A stretch of 51,384 nt of DNA from contig JAGWXR010000001.1 of the NCBI GenBank assembly GCA_018969785.1, positions 1-51,384 of the forward strand, written 5' to 3'. The translations under genes were made by a program, and so were the position numbers. Under the pieces are notes generated by a model, which saw only the letters and a list, made by a program, of their open reading frames with translations, searched no databases and was not told the DNA's origin. Within the stretch, counting starts at the first letter, position 1, and each line of letters begins with the position of its first letter. Shown here piece by piece: positions 27,804 through 36,453 of the stretch. The DNA comes from Alphaproteobacteria bacterium. Its GTDB lineage: Bacteria > Pseudomonadota > Alphaproteobacteria > Micropepsales > Micropepsaceae.

Positions 27804-28748
27804 ATGTCCGATACCGTCTCAAGGCTCGGGCCCCTGGCCCGCTATAACGGCGAGCGCGTTGCCGGCCCGGCTTGGTTCGAGGACGCGATCACCATGCCAT
27901 GCGAGAGCCACGCGATCGATGTCTCCGGCGCGCGCATCCACTATCTGCGCTGGGGCGACCGATCGAAGCCGGGGCTCCTGCTCGTGCACGGCAACGGCGC
28001 GCACGCCTACTGGTGGAGCTTCATCGCGCCTTTCCTCGCGCGCGAATACAACGTTGCTGCGCTCGACCTGTCGGGCATGGGCGATTCCGCGCATCGCGCC
28101 CGCTACGAGATGGATCTCTTCGTCGCCGAGGAGATGGCCGTGGCCACTCACGCCGGCATGTTCGAAAACGCCGAGCCGCCGGTCTTTGTGGCCCATTCAT
28201 TCGGCGGCTTTGCCACGATCCTTGCCGGTGCAAGGCATGGCGACCGCCTTGCCGGCACCGTGATCGTCGACTCGCCAGTCAACCCGCCGGACCGCCCCCG
28301 TGGCCCGCCGCATCGCGAGGCGCGCCCCCACCGGATCTATGCGACTGAGGCCGAGGCGCTGACCCGCTTCCGCCTTGCCCCCGAGCAACCCTGCGAGAAC
28401 GACTTCATCGTCGACTTCATTGCCCGAAAGTCACTGCGCGCGGTTGAAGGGGGGCTAACGTGGAAGTTCGATCCCTCGCTCTGGACACAGCGCTTTTCGA
28501 TCGGGGACACCGCCGATTGCCTGCGGTCGACACGCTGCCGCATCGCGATCATGCGGGGCGAGAACTCGGTCCTCATGCCGCCAGAGGTCGGTGCCTACAT
28601 GTACAGCCTGCTCGGTCACGCCGCACCGGTGATCGAGATCCCGCAGGCCCGCCATCATGTCATGCTGGACCAGCCGCTTGCCTTCGTGGCCGCCCTGAGG
28701 GCCCTGCTGGCCGACTGGAACCACTCCCTGCCGACACGCCGCGTCTGA
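27804..28748 (+). CDS. Alpha/beta-fold hydrolase
   Basis: This is the 3' part of ORF 27645-28748. The ATG at 27804 lies 1 nt after the thioesterase stop. It has the oxyanion-hole context LLVHGNGAH, the nucleophile elbow AHSFGG and a C-terminal His context ARHHVMLDQP. Confidence 0.85.
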   Translation: MSDTVSRLGPLARYNGERVAGPAWFEDAITMPCESHAIDVSGARIHYLRWGDRSKPGLLLVHGNGAHAYWWSFIAPFLAREYNVAALDLSGMGDSAHRARYEMDLFVAEEMAVATHAGMFENAEPPVFVAHSFGGFATILAGARHGDRLAGTVIVDSPVNPPDRPRGPPHREARPHRIYATEAEALTRFRLAPEQPCENDFIVDFIARKSLRAVEGGLTWKFDPSLWTQRFSIGDTADCLRSTRCRIAIMRGENSVLMPPEVGAYMYSLLGHAAPVIEIPQARHHVMLDQPLAFVAALRALLADWNHSLPTRRV

Positions 28749-28800
28749 AAAGGGCGCTTTATTACCAGCCGGGCAGGACAAAAAGCGCACCAGACTGCGG

Positions 28801-28828
28801 TTGCCCCGGCCTGCTTGATTGCTATATT
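28801..28828 (+). promoter_or_regulatory. Candidate sigma-70 promoter for the pnt cluster
   Basis: It has TTGCCC at 28801-28806, a 16-nt spacer and TATATT at 28823-28828. It is overlapped by the inverted repeat TGATTGC-N11-GCAATCA. This is a pattern match only. Confidence 0.3.
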
Positions 28829-28873
28829 CCGCTGCAATCAGCGACTGGTCGCGACATACGCAAGGGCTCACCA

Positions 28874-29023
28874 ATGGCATCAGGACCGAAATCCGACTAC
28901 AAGCGCGGCTCAATGGACATCCGGGAGCAGGAATCGACCTTCGCCCTGTTCTGGAGCCTGACGAAGTGGGGCACCGTCCTGACCGTGCTCACGCTGGTAT
29001 TCCTCGCCTACATGTTTGCCTGA
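28874..29023 (+). CDS. Small membrane protein resembling aa3-type cytochrome c oxidase subunit IV (49 aa)
   Basis: This is the 3' end of ORF 28460-29023. The product is MASGPKSDYKRGSMDIREQESTFALFWSLTKWGTVLTVLTLVFLAYMFA. The pattern of G.MDI..Q..TF followed by a single helix matches my memory of the Bac_aa3_subIV family. Confidence 0.7.
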   Translation: MASGPKSDYKRGSMDIREQESTFALFWSLTKWGTVLTVLTLVFLAYMFA

Positions 29024-29096
29024 TCGGCCCCGGCCGCGACACGGCCGGACGCCCACGCCGACACGCCCGTTACCCCCTCTAACGCCGGCAGGAAGC

Positions 29097-30221
29097 ATGA
29101 AAATCGGTATCCCGAAGGAAACCCGTCCGAACGAAACGCGCGTAGCGGCCACGCCAGAGACCGTGAGGAAGTTCAAGGGCCTCGGCCTTGAGGTGCTCGT
29201 CGAGTCCGCTTCCGGCGCCGCAGCCCATTTCCCGGACGCCGACTACGTCGCTGCCGGCGCCTCAATCGTCTCCGCGCGTGAGGCGCTTGCCGCCGACATC
29301 GTCCTCAAGGTGCAGCGCCCGACCGAGGCAGAGGCCGGACAACTGACCAGGGGCGCAATGCTTGCAGCCATCCTCGCGCCCTATGCCGACCGCCCGATGG
29401 TCGCAAGCTTTGCCGCGCAGGGCGTGAACGCCTTCGCGATGGAATTCATGCCGCGCATCACGCGTGCCCAGACGATGGACGTGCTGTCCTCGCAGTCGAA
29501 CCTTGCCGGCTACAAGGCCGTGATCGACGCAGCCGCCCTGTTCGGTCGCGCCTTCCCGATGATGATGACGGCAGCGGGCACCATCGCCGCCGCCCGTGTC
29601 CTTGTCATGGGCGTGGGCGTGGCGGGTCTCCAGGCCATCGCCACCGCGCGGCGCCTCGGCGCCATCGTGTCGGCAACCGACGTGCGCCTGGCCACGAAGG
29701 AGCAGGTTCAGTCGCTCGGCGCCACATTCGTGGCTGTCGAGGACGAGGAAACGAGGCAGGCCGAGACGGCGGGCGGCTACGCCAAGGAGATGAGTGAAGG
29801 CTACCGCAAGAAGCAGGCAGCCCTCATCGCCGAGACGATCAGGAAGCAGGACATCGTCATCACGACAGCCCTCATTCCCGGCAGGCCGGCACCTGTCCTC
29901 GTCACCGAGGACATGCTGCGCTCGATGAAGCCGGGTTCGATCCTCATCGACCTCGCGGCAGAGCAGGGTGGCAACTGCCCCCTCACCAGGGCGGGCGAGA
30001 CCGTCGACATCGGCGGCGTCAGGATCGTGGGCGCCGTCAACCTCGCCGGGCGCCTCGCCGCCGACGCCTCCGCGCTCTATGCCCGCAACCTGTTCAACTT
30101 CGTGTCGCCGCTCATCGACAAGGCCACCAAGGGCCTGAAGATCGACTGGAACGACGACATCATCAAGGGAACCTGCCTGACGCGCGACGGAGAGGTCATT
30201 CACCCCGCACTCAAGGCCTGA
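29097..30221 (+). CDS. pntAA: NAD(P) transhydrogenase subunit alpha part 1 (dI)
   Basis: This is ORF 29016-30221. The start ATG at 29097 gives [23 protein letters not shown]. The Rossmann motif is [14 protein letters not shown]. Confidence 0.94.
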   Translation: MKIGIPKETRPNETRVAATPETVRKFKGLGLEVLVESASGAAAHFPDADYVAAGASIVSAREALAADIVLKVQRPTEAEAGQLTRGAMLAAILAPYADRPMVASFAAQGVNAFAMEFMPRITRAQTMDVLSSQSNLAGYKAVIDAAALFGRAFPMMMTAAGTIAAARVLVMGVGVAGLQAIATARRLGAIVSATDVRLATKEQVQSLGATFVAVEDEETRQAETAGGYAKEMSEGYRKKQAALIAETIRKQDIVITTALIPGRPAPVLVTEDMLRSMKPGSILIDLAAEQGGNCPLTRAGETVDIGGVRIVGAVNLAGRLAADASALYARNLFNFVSPLIDKATKGLKIDWNDDIIKGTCLTRDGEVIHPALKA

Positions 30222-30232
30222 GGAGCACTGCC

Positions 30233-30547
30233 ATGGAAGTCATCGACCCCTTCATCTTCCGCCTCTCGATTTTCGTGCTCGCCATCTTCGTGGGCTACTA
30301 CGTGGTCTGGAGCGTGACACCCGCCCTGCACACGCCGCTGATGTCGGTCACGAATGCGATCTCCTCGGTCATCATCGTCGGCGCTCTGCTTGCTGTCGGC
30401 GTCGACCTGATCGCGGCCGGTGACAGCGGCTGGATCGCCAAGGCCTTCGGCGTGATCGCCGTGATCCTCGCCAGCGTGAACATCTTCGGCGGGTTCCTCG
30501 TGACCCAGCGCATGCTCGCGATGTATCGCAAGAAAGAGAAGAAATAG
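30233..30547 (+). CDS. pntAB: NAD(P) transhydrogenase subunit alpha part 2 (membrane dII part)
   Basis: This is a 104-aa ORF with three hydrophobic helices. It has the motifs [14 protein letters not shown] and [13 protein letters not shown] lies upstream of the ATG. Confidence 0.92.
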   Translation: MEVIDPFIFRLSIFVLAIFVGYYVVWSVTPALHTPLMSVTNAISSVIIVGALLAVGVDLIAAGDSGWIAKAFGVIAVILASVNIFGGFLVTQRMLAMYRKKEKK

Positions 30548-30556
30548 GCCCGCAGC

Positions 30557-30844
30557 GTGGAATCTTCCATCTCCCTCGCGGACATCATCGCCACAGGCCT
30601 CGTCGTTGCCGGCATCGGCGAACTGGTGGCCGCGCGCTATTTCGCCATTCAGGACGCCGCGCAATCACGCCTCATCGCCGCGCTGCTGCTCTGGGAGGGG
30701 CTGGCGATGTTTGCCTGCGCCCTGATCCTCCACATCCGCCAGGACTTCGGCTTTTCAACGATCGTCGCTCTCATCGCCATCTGGATGGCCGCAGCAGGCA
30801 TGGGCCTGCTTCGGGCCGGAATCTTCGATGCACCGCGCGAATAA
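30557..30844 (+). CDS. Hypothetical 95-aa three-helix membrane protein inserted between pntAB and pntB
   Basis: The GTG start lies 9 nt after the pntAB stop, and the stop lies 18 nt before pntB. Third-position GC is high throughout. Three hydrophobic segments are present. I recognise no family, and no clear Shine-Dalgarno sequence is present. Confidence 0.6.
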   Translation: MESSISLADIIATGLVVAGIGELVAARYFAIQDAAQSRLIAALLLWEGLAMFACALILHIRQDFGFSTIVALIAIWMAAAGMGLLRAGIFDAPRE

Positions 30845-30862
30845 CCAGGATCGGTCACACGC

Positions 30863-32266
30863 ATGAACCCCAATCTGGCAGCTCTCCTCTACCTCGTGTC
30901 GGGTGTCCTGTTCATCCTGGCGCTCCGCGGCCTGTCGAGCCCCGAGACCTCCCGTGCAGGCAACCGCAACGGCATGCTGGGCATGGTCATCGCGGTGCTC
31001 ACGACGCTGGCCGTGGCAAGCCCCACGGACGCGCTGACCTGGGGCCTGATCCTCGGCGGTGTCGCCATCGGCGGTGGCGTTGGCGCCATCATCGCAAGGC
31101 GCATCGCGATGACGCAGATGCCCCAGCTTGTTGCCGCCTTCCACAGCCTCGTCGGCCTCGCGGCTGTTTTCGTGGCAGCTGCCGCGCTCTATGCACCGCA
31201 GGCCTTCAACATCGGAGAGCCGGGCAACGTCCACATCCAGTCCCTGATCGAGATGTCGCTCGGCGTGGCCATCGGCGCGATCACCTTCTCCGGATCGGTC
31301 ATTGCCTTTGCCAAGCTGAACGGAAACATGTCGGGCGCGCCCATCATCCTGCCCGCGCGCCACCTGGTGAACATCCTGATCGCAGCCGCCATTTTGGCGC
31401 TGATCGTAATCCTGGTCATGAGCCATGGCGAGGCAACCTGGGCGTTCTGGGCGATCACGGTCCTCTCGATCATCCTGGGCGTCACGCTCATCATCCCGAT
31501 CGGCGGCGCCGACATGCCCGTCGTTGTCTCGATGCTGAACTCGTATTCCGGCTGGGCCGCCGCCGGCATCGGCTTCACGCTGGAGAACTCGGCGTTGATC
31601 ATCACGGGTGCCCTTGTGGGTTCATCCGGCGCCATCCTGAGCTACATCATGTGCAAGGGCATGAACCGCAGCTTTTTCTCGGTCATCCTAGGCGGCTTCG
31701 GCGGCGAGACGGCCGGCCCCGCAGGCAAGCAGGAAACGCGCCCCATCAAGCAGGGTTCGGCCGAGGACGCGGCCTTCATCATGAAGAACGCCTCATCCGT
31801 CATCGTGGTCCCGGGCTACGGCATGGCGGTCGCACAGGCCCAGCATGCGCTGCGCGAAATGGCCGACAAGCTGAAGAAGGAAGGCGTCAAGGTCTCCTAT
31901 GCCATCCATCCCGTCGCCGGCCGCATGCCCGGCCACATGAATGTGCTGCTGGCCGAGGCCAATGTGCCCTATGACGAGGTCTTCGAACTCGAGGACATCA
32001 ACAGCCAGTTCGCCATGGCCGACGTGGCCTACGTGATCGGCGCCAACGACGTGACCAACCCGGTGGCCAAGACCGACCCGCAATCCCCCATTTACGGCAT
32101 GCCCATTCTGGACGTGGAAAAGGCAAAGACAGTGCTGTTCATCAAGCGGGGCATGGGTTCGGGCTACGCCGGCGTCGAGAACGAACTCTTCTTCCGCGAC
32201 AACACGATGATGCTCTTCGGTGATGCCAAGAAGATGACCGAGGAGATCGTGAAGTCCCTTGGTTAG
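30863..32266 (+). CDS. pntB: NAD(P) transhydrogenase subunit beta
   Basis: This is a 467-aa ORF. It has a multi-helix N-terminal half and a dIII NADP(H) domain (VIVVPGYGMAVAQAQH...HPVAGRMPGHMNVLLAEA...GANDV). Confidence 0.95.
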   Translation: MNPNLAALLYLVSGVLFILALRGLSSPETSRAGNRNGMLGMVIAVLTTLAVASPTDALTWGLILGGVAIGGGVGAIIARRIAMTQMPQLVAAFHSLVGLAAVFVAAAALYAPQAFNIGEPGNVHIQSLIEMSLGVAIGAITFSGSVIAFAKLNGNMSGAPIILPARHLVNILIAAAILALIVILVMSHGEATWAFWAITVLSIILGVTLIIPIGGADMPVVVSMLNSYSGWAAAGIGFTLENSALIITGALVGSSGAILSYIMCKGMNRSFFSVILGGFGGETAGPAGKQETRPIKQGSAEDAAFIMKNASSVIVVPGYGMAVAQAQHALREMADKLKKEGVKVSYAIHPVAGRMPGHMNVLLAEANVPYDEVFELEDINSQFAMADVAYVIGANDVTNPVAKTDPQSPIYGMPILDVEKAKTVLFIKRGMGSGYAGVENELFFRDNTMMLFGDAKKMTEEIVKSLG

Positions 32267-32378
32267 CCCGGGGGCAGCGTTAACTTTCGGCGGATTTTGT
32301 GGTTGCGCAATCGTTGGGGCTGACACGATGCTGCGGGCACGCTAGAGATAGGGCTGCATCTCCCAGGGAACGTTCAGG

Positions 32379-32879
32379 ATGAAATTCCGTCACCTCATGC
32401 TCATTCCGGTGATCGGCGGGTCGCTGCTGCTGGCCGCCTGCGAGAACCCGTTTGCGCCGACGGGCTCCTCTTCAAGCGTTCCCGAGGTGGCTCCCGAGGC
32501 AAAGGCGGCGATCGAGCAATATGTCGCCAAGGTCAATGCACATGACGCGCCGGGCGCCGGCGAACTCCTGGCCGATGGCCCGGGCTTTGTCTGGATCGAG
32601 AACGGCGAGGTCGTCTACGAAACCAAGACGGCCGCCGTGGCGGCCCTGACCAACTACTTCGCGGGCTTCCCCGAGTCGCACTTCGAGGCCTACGACATGA
32701 AGATCTCGATGCTCACCGACGAATCCGCCGTGGCGACCTTCCGCTATTCGCAGACCGTCGCGGCCAACGGCCAGTCCTCGCTCAAGTTCGAGGGCACGAT
32801 GACCCTGACCCTGGCGCAGCGCGACGGGGACTGGAAGATCGTCGTGGGGCACCGCAGCGCCAGCAAATTCCCGCATTGA
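32379..32879 (+). CDS. NTF2-like (SnoaL/DUF4440-type) lipoprotein
   Basis: This is a 166-aa ORF with the lipobox LLLAAC. The C-terminal pattern LTLAQRDGDWKIV is typical of the NTF2-like fold. Confidence 0.65.
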   Translation: MKFRHLMLIPVIGGSLLLAACENPFAPTGSSSSVPEVAPEAKAAIEQYVAKVNAHDAPGAGELLADGPGFVWIENGEVVYETKTAAVAALTNYFAGFPESHFEAYDMKISMLTDESAVATFRYSQTVAANGQSSLKFEGTMTLTLAQRDGDWKIVVGHRSASKFPH

Positions 32880-32970
32880 GGCCCAAACGCTAACCATTTG
32901 TCCGCATTGCAGAAACTCCTGTTGATCCGCATGTCCCCGGCGTGGTTGTCTCGCCCGGGGCAGTAGGGCG

Positions 32971-33900
32971 ATGGCAAATCCGGTACTTGAACTGAAGGGC
33001 GTGACCAAGCGCTACGGCGACTTCACCGCCGTCAACAGCGTGAGCTTCGTCGCGCCCGAGGGCAAGATCGTGGGCCTGCTCGGACCCAACGGCGCCGGCA
33101 AGACCTCGACCTTGCGCATGATCCTCGGCATCTCGACCCCGACCGAAGGCACCATCACCTTGTTCGGAAAGCCGCCCGGCCGCGCGGTTCAGCATCGCAT
33201 CGGCTACCTGCCCGAGGAACGCGGCCTCTACAAGCGCATGACCGCCTTCGAGACCATCGTCTATTTCGGCCGCCTGAAGGGCCTCTGGGCGGCGACAGCC
33301 CGCAAGCGCGCCCTGGAACTGCTCGAGGAACTTGGCCTCGCGCATGTGAAGGACCGACGGATAGAGGCCCTGTCGAAAGGCATGGCGCAGAAGATCCAGC
33401 TCGCCACCGCAATCGCGCACGCCCCCTCGCTGATCATCCTCGACGAGCCCTTTTCGGGCCTCGACCCGATCAACCAGAACGAACTTGAGGCCGCGATCCG
33501 CAAGCTCGCCCGCAACGGCGCGACTGTCCTGTTCTCGACCCATACGATGAGCCACGCCGAGCGCCTCTGCGACCGCTTCGTGATCCTCGTCAAGGGCAAC
33601 AAGGCCTTTGACGGCACCCTCCAGGAGGCGCGCGCCGTGATGCCACGCAGCGTCAAGCTGGAATCGCCGAGCGACCTGTCGTTCCTCGCCGGCATCCCCG
33701 GTGTCGCGCGTATCGTACCGCCGCATGACAACATTTCCTGGTGGGAGGTCTTCCTCGCGGCTGGCACCGACCCGCAGTTCATCCTGTCTGCCTGCTTCGA
33801 GAAGGGCGTGAAGCTCACCCGCTTCGACACCTCGGCCCCGCCGTTGCACGAGATCTTTGTCTATCTGGCGGGTGGCAACGCGGAGGGCCTCGTCCCATGA
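32971..33900 (+). CDS. ABC transporter ATP-binding protein (ABC-2/NatA-like)
   Basis: It has Walker A GPNGAGKTS, the signature LSKGMAQK and Walker B LIILDEPFSGLD. Confidence 0.92.
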   Translation: MANPVLELKGVTKRYGDFTAVNSVSFVAPEGKIVGLLGPNGAGKTSTLRMILGISTPTEGTITLFGKPPGRAVQHRIGYLPEERGLYKRMTAFETIVYFGRLKGLWAATARKRALELLEELGLAHVKDRRIEALSKGMAQKIQLATAIAHAPSLIILDEPFSGLDPINQNELEAAIRKLARNGATVLFSTHTMSHAERLCDRFVILVKGNKAFDGTLQEARAVMPRSVKLESPSDLSFLAGIPGVARIVPPHDNISWWEVFLAAGTDPQFILSACFEKGVKLTRFDTSAPPLHEIFVYLAGGNAEGLVP

Positions 33901-35438
33901 GGGAGACGTGGATCATCGCCTGGCATGGCTTCGTGCAGCACGCGACATCGCGCCCCTTCCTGCTCGGTGTGATGCTGCCGCTCTTCTATCTGCTGCTCGT
34001 GGGCTGGGTCCCGAGCGCCTCGCAAAGCCAGCTCGCCCTTCTCGGCGCGCCGATCAGGCACTTTGCCGTCATCGACGAGACCGGGCGCATGATCCCGGCC
34101 ATCGACCAGGCCATCGTCCGCGAGCGCCTCGAGCGCGGCCTCTTTGCGCTGAATGCCTACGCGAAGGAGAACGCAGACGAGGCGAAGCTGCGGGCGGGCA
34201 ACCCTGCGCTTGCAACCCTGCTGCTCGACGCGGATCCCGTCAGCAAGGCGACCGCCAGCGCCCTCGAGGCGACGGGCGGGACAATTGCCGCCTTCATCGC
34301 GCTGCGCCCCTATCTCAAGCCCGGCGCGCCGTCGTTCAACGAACCCATCGACCAGTTCATCCGCATCGACCTGCCCGAGGAACTGTCTGGCGTCCCGGAT
34401 CTCGCCAGCGCCGCCCAACCCTATCTCTCGGCCGAGAAGCTTACGCGGGGTCCCTTCGGCCCCGTCCATCTCTGGGCGATCCTCGTGGTGCCGACGGGCA
34501 TCCTCGACGGCACCGCATCCGCCAGCTACTTCGCCGACGACCTCAACAGGCCGGGACTGCGCGAGTTCCTGCGCAACGCGATGGATCTCGAGTTGCGGCG
34601 CCTGGCAGCATCCAGCCTGGCCATCCCCCCGGCATCCGCCGAGCGCATCATCGGCACCGCCAGCCAGATCAGATCGGTTGACCCCGATCCCGAGAAACTG
34701 GGCGCCGTGACGGGCGTACGCCAGTTGCAGGTGCTGGCGGCAAACCTCGTCTACTTCATGCTTTTCTTCGCCCTCTTCATGACCGCCAACATGGTCGTGA
34801 TGGCGCTCGTCGAGGAAAAGAGCAACCGCGTCGCCGAGCTCCTCCTGTCCTGCGTCAGGGCCGAGACCCTGATGGCGGGCAAGCTGCTGACGGGCCTGTT
34901 TCTGGCGCTGTTCCTCGTCGTGGTCTGGGTCGTCACCGTGACCGCAGCCATCGGCGTCTTCTTCCCGGCAGGGCAGGTCATCGCCTCCGAGCTCCTCGGC
35001 AATATCTCGAGCCCGGCCCAGATCTTCCAGATCACCGTCTTCTTCGCGATGTCCTACCTGACCGTGGGGGCCTTCTTCCTCGCAGCCGGCAGCGCGGCCA
35101 ATTCGATTTCCGACGCCCAGGCCGTCGTGGCGCCCGCGACGCTGGTGACCATGCCGATCTGCATGCTGCCGCTGGTGGTGGCCTATGCCCCCGAAAGCGC
35201 GTTCGCCCGCTTTGCGTCCTATGTGCCGTTCTTTGCGCCCTTCACGATGATGGTGCGTTCGCTCAGTTCGCCCGAGGGCATCGACATCCTCGGCTCGTTC
35301 GTGGTCAGCGCCCTGACGCTCTGGTGGCTCATCAGGCTCGTGGCGCGGGTCTTCCGGGCGAACCTCCTGCGGCCTGATGCGCCGGCAAGCTTCTCGGGCT
35401 TCCTGCGCGACCTCTTCAGCCCGCCACGGCGCATCTGA
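33897..35438 (+). CDS. ABC-2 type transporter permease with large extracytoplasmic loop (NatB-like)
   Basis: This is the 3' part of ORF 33741-35438. The ATG at 33897 overlaps the ATPase stop (ATGA). The product has one N-terminal helix, a soluble region of about 290 aa, then five hydrophobic helices. Confidence 0.85.
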   Translation: MRETWIIAWHGFVQHATSRPFLLGVMLPLFYLLLVGWVPSASQSQLALLGAPIRHFAVIDETGRMIPAIDQAIVRERLERGLFALNAYAKENADEAKLRAGNPALATLLLDADPVSKATASALEATGGTIAAFIALRPYLKPGAPSFNEPIDQFIRIDLPEELSGVPDLASAAQPYLSAEKLTRGPFGPVHLWAILVVPTGILDGTASASYFADDLNRPGLREFLRNAMDLELRRLAASSLAIPPASAERIIGTASQIRSVDPDPEKLGAVTGVRQLQVLAANLVYFMLFFALFMTANMVVMALVEEKSNRVAELLLSCVRAETLMAGKLLTGLFLALFLVVVWVVTVTAAIGVFFPAGQVIASELLGNISSPAQIFQITVFFAMSYLTVGAFFLAAGSAANSISDAQAVVAPATLVTMPICMLPLVVAYAPESAFARFASYVPFFAPFTMMVRSLSSPEGIDILGSFVVSALTLWWLIRLVARVFRANLLRPDAPASFSGFLRDLFSPPRRI

Positions 35439-35456
35439 GCCGCCCGTCCAGGCATG

Positions 35457-35488
35457 AAAAAACCGCGGCCCCCGGAAGGGAACCGCGG
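35457..35488 (-). terminator. Rho-independent terminator of rpsU
   Basis: The minus-strand RNA reads CCGCGGUUCCC-UUCC-GGGGGCCGCGG followed by U6. The stem is 11 bp including two G-U pairs. It lies 26 nt after the rpsU stop. Confidence 0.7.
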
Positions 35489-35513
35489 CGTTGTTCTGGC
35501 CGGCGATGTCCGG

Positions 35514-35756
35514 TTACGGACGGGCCGGACGGGCCACGCGCGGCGTCTTGGGAAGGAGACCCTCGCGCTGCAGCTTCTTGCGGTGCAGCTTGCGGGCGCG
35601 GCGCACGGCTTCCGCCTTCTCGCGGGCGCGCTTTTCCGAAGGCTTCTCGAAGTGGTTGCGCAACTTCATCTCGCGGAACAGGCCCTCGCGCTGCATCTTC
35701 TTCTTGAGCGCCTTCAGGGCTTGGTCGACATTGTTGTCACGCACGACGATCTGCAA
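35514..35756 (-). CDS. rpsU: 30S ribosomal protein S21
   Basis: This is ORF 35514-35801. The product is (M)[30 protein letters not shown].... I take the TTG at 35756 as the start, preceded by GGAGG with a 6-nt spacer. This gives the canonical MQ N-terminus. Confidence 0.92.
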   Translation of the reverse strand: MQIVVRDNNVDQALKALKKKMQREGLFREMKLRNHFEKPSEKRAREKAEAVRRARKLHRKKLQREGLLPKTPRVARPARP

Positions 35757-35866
35757 GGAAAACCTCCGGTATGGGTCTTGTAAGTCAAGGAAAGAGGGCA
35801 AGTCCTTGGGGAACCCGCCCTCACGAAGGGGGGCTAGTTACCAGAGACGACCGGCCCTGTCCACCC

Positions 35867-35895
35867 TTGCCGGGTGCGGCCGCAAGGCTCATATC
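35867..35895 (+). promoter_or_regulatory. Candidate promoter placing the def transcription start at or near the ATG (possible leaderless mRNA)
   Basis: It has TTGCCG at 35867-35872, a 17-nt spacer and CATATC at 35890-35895. The ATG lies 7 nt downstream. No Shine-Dalgarno sequence precedes the ATG. Confidence 0.3.
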
Positions 35896-35901
35896 TGCCC
35901 C

Positions 35902-36453
35902 ATGACAATCCGCAAGATCGCAAGGATGGGCCATCCCGTCCTGGCACAGAAGGCCGATCCGGTCACGGATCTGGCCGATCCCGAGCTCAGGCGCCTGGTC
36001 GAGGACATGGTCGAAACCATGATCGACGCCCCCGGCGCGGGCCTTGCCGCCCCCCAGGTCTACGAACCCGTCCGGGTTGTGGTCTTCCAGGCCCCCGTCG
36101 GCCGGGCCGACCCGGGCCTTTCCGAGGCCGAGATTTTCGAGCACACAGCCCCCCTGACGGTCCTCGTCAACCCCGAGATAGAGATCCTCTCGCCCGCGCG
36201 CGAGGGCGGCTGGGAGGGCTGCCTGTCCGTGCCGGGCCTCAGGGGCTGGGTCGAGCGCCCCGCCCATATCCGCTACAGCGGCCTCGGGCTGGACGGGAAG
36301 CGGATCGAGCGCGTGGCAAAAGGCTTCCATGCCCGCGTGGTCCAGCACGAATGCGACCACCTTGACGGTATCCTCTACCCGCAGAGAATGACGGACCTGT
36401 CCCGGCTCATCTTCGAAAGCGAGATCAGGCATTGGCTCGAAGGAAAGACATGA
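35902..36453 (+). CDS. def: Peptide deformylase
   Basis: This is the 3' part of ORF 35491-36453. All three Def motifs are present: GAGLAAPQV, EGCLSVPG and QHECDHL. Confidence 0.95.
   Translation: MTIRKIARMGHPVLAQKADPVTDLADPELRRLVEDMVETMIDAPGAGLAAPQVYEPVRVVVFQAPVGRADPGLSEAEIFEHTAPLTVLVNPEIEILSPAREGGWEGCLSVPGLRGWVERPAHIRYSGLGLDGKRIERVAKGFHARVVQHECDHLDGILYPQRMTDLSRLIFESEIRHWLEGKT

Noticed and set aside
26615-27805. 396-aa minus-strand ORF, plus similar antisense ORFs at 24277-25374, 29262-30203, 32890-33849, 41257-42135 and 16534-17328
   Set aside because: Each lies opposite a CDS with clear family motifs and a GC-rich third-position pattern. None carries a motif I recognise.
29934-29943. tRNA T-arm-like GGTTCGATCC
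   Set aside because: It lies inside the well-supported pntAA reading frame. No acceptor or anticodon stem context surrounds it. I found no tRNA in the window.
35491-35901. Long 5' extensions of listed ORFs (for example 35491-35901 before def, 28460-28873 before the 49-aa ORF, 27645-27803 before the hydrolase, 44923-45453 before DUF1192)
   Set aside because: The extensions overlap upstream genes or lie in regions with non-coding third-position composition. The downstream ATG gives the canonical family N-terminus, usually with a Shine-Dalgarno sequence.
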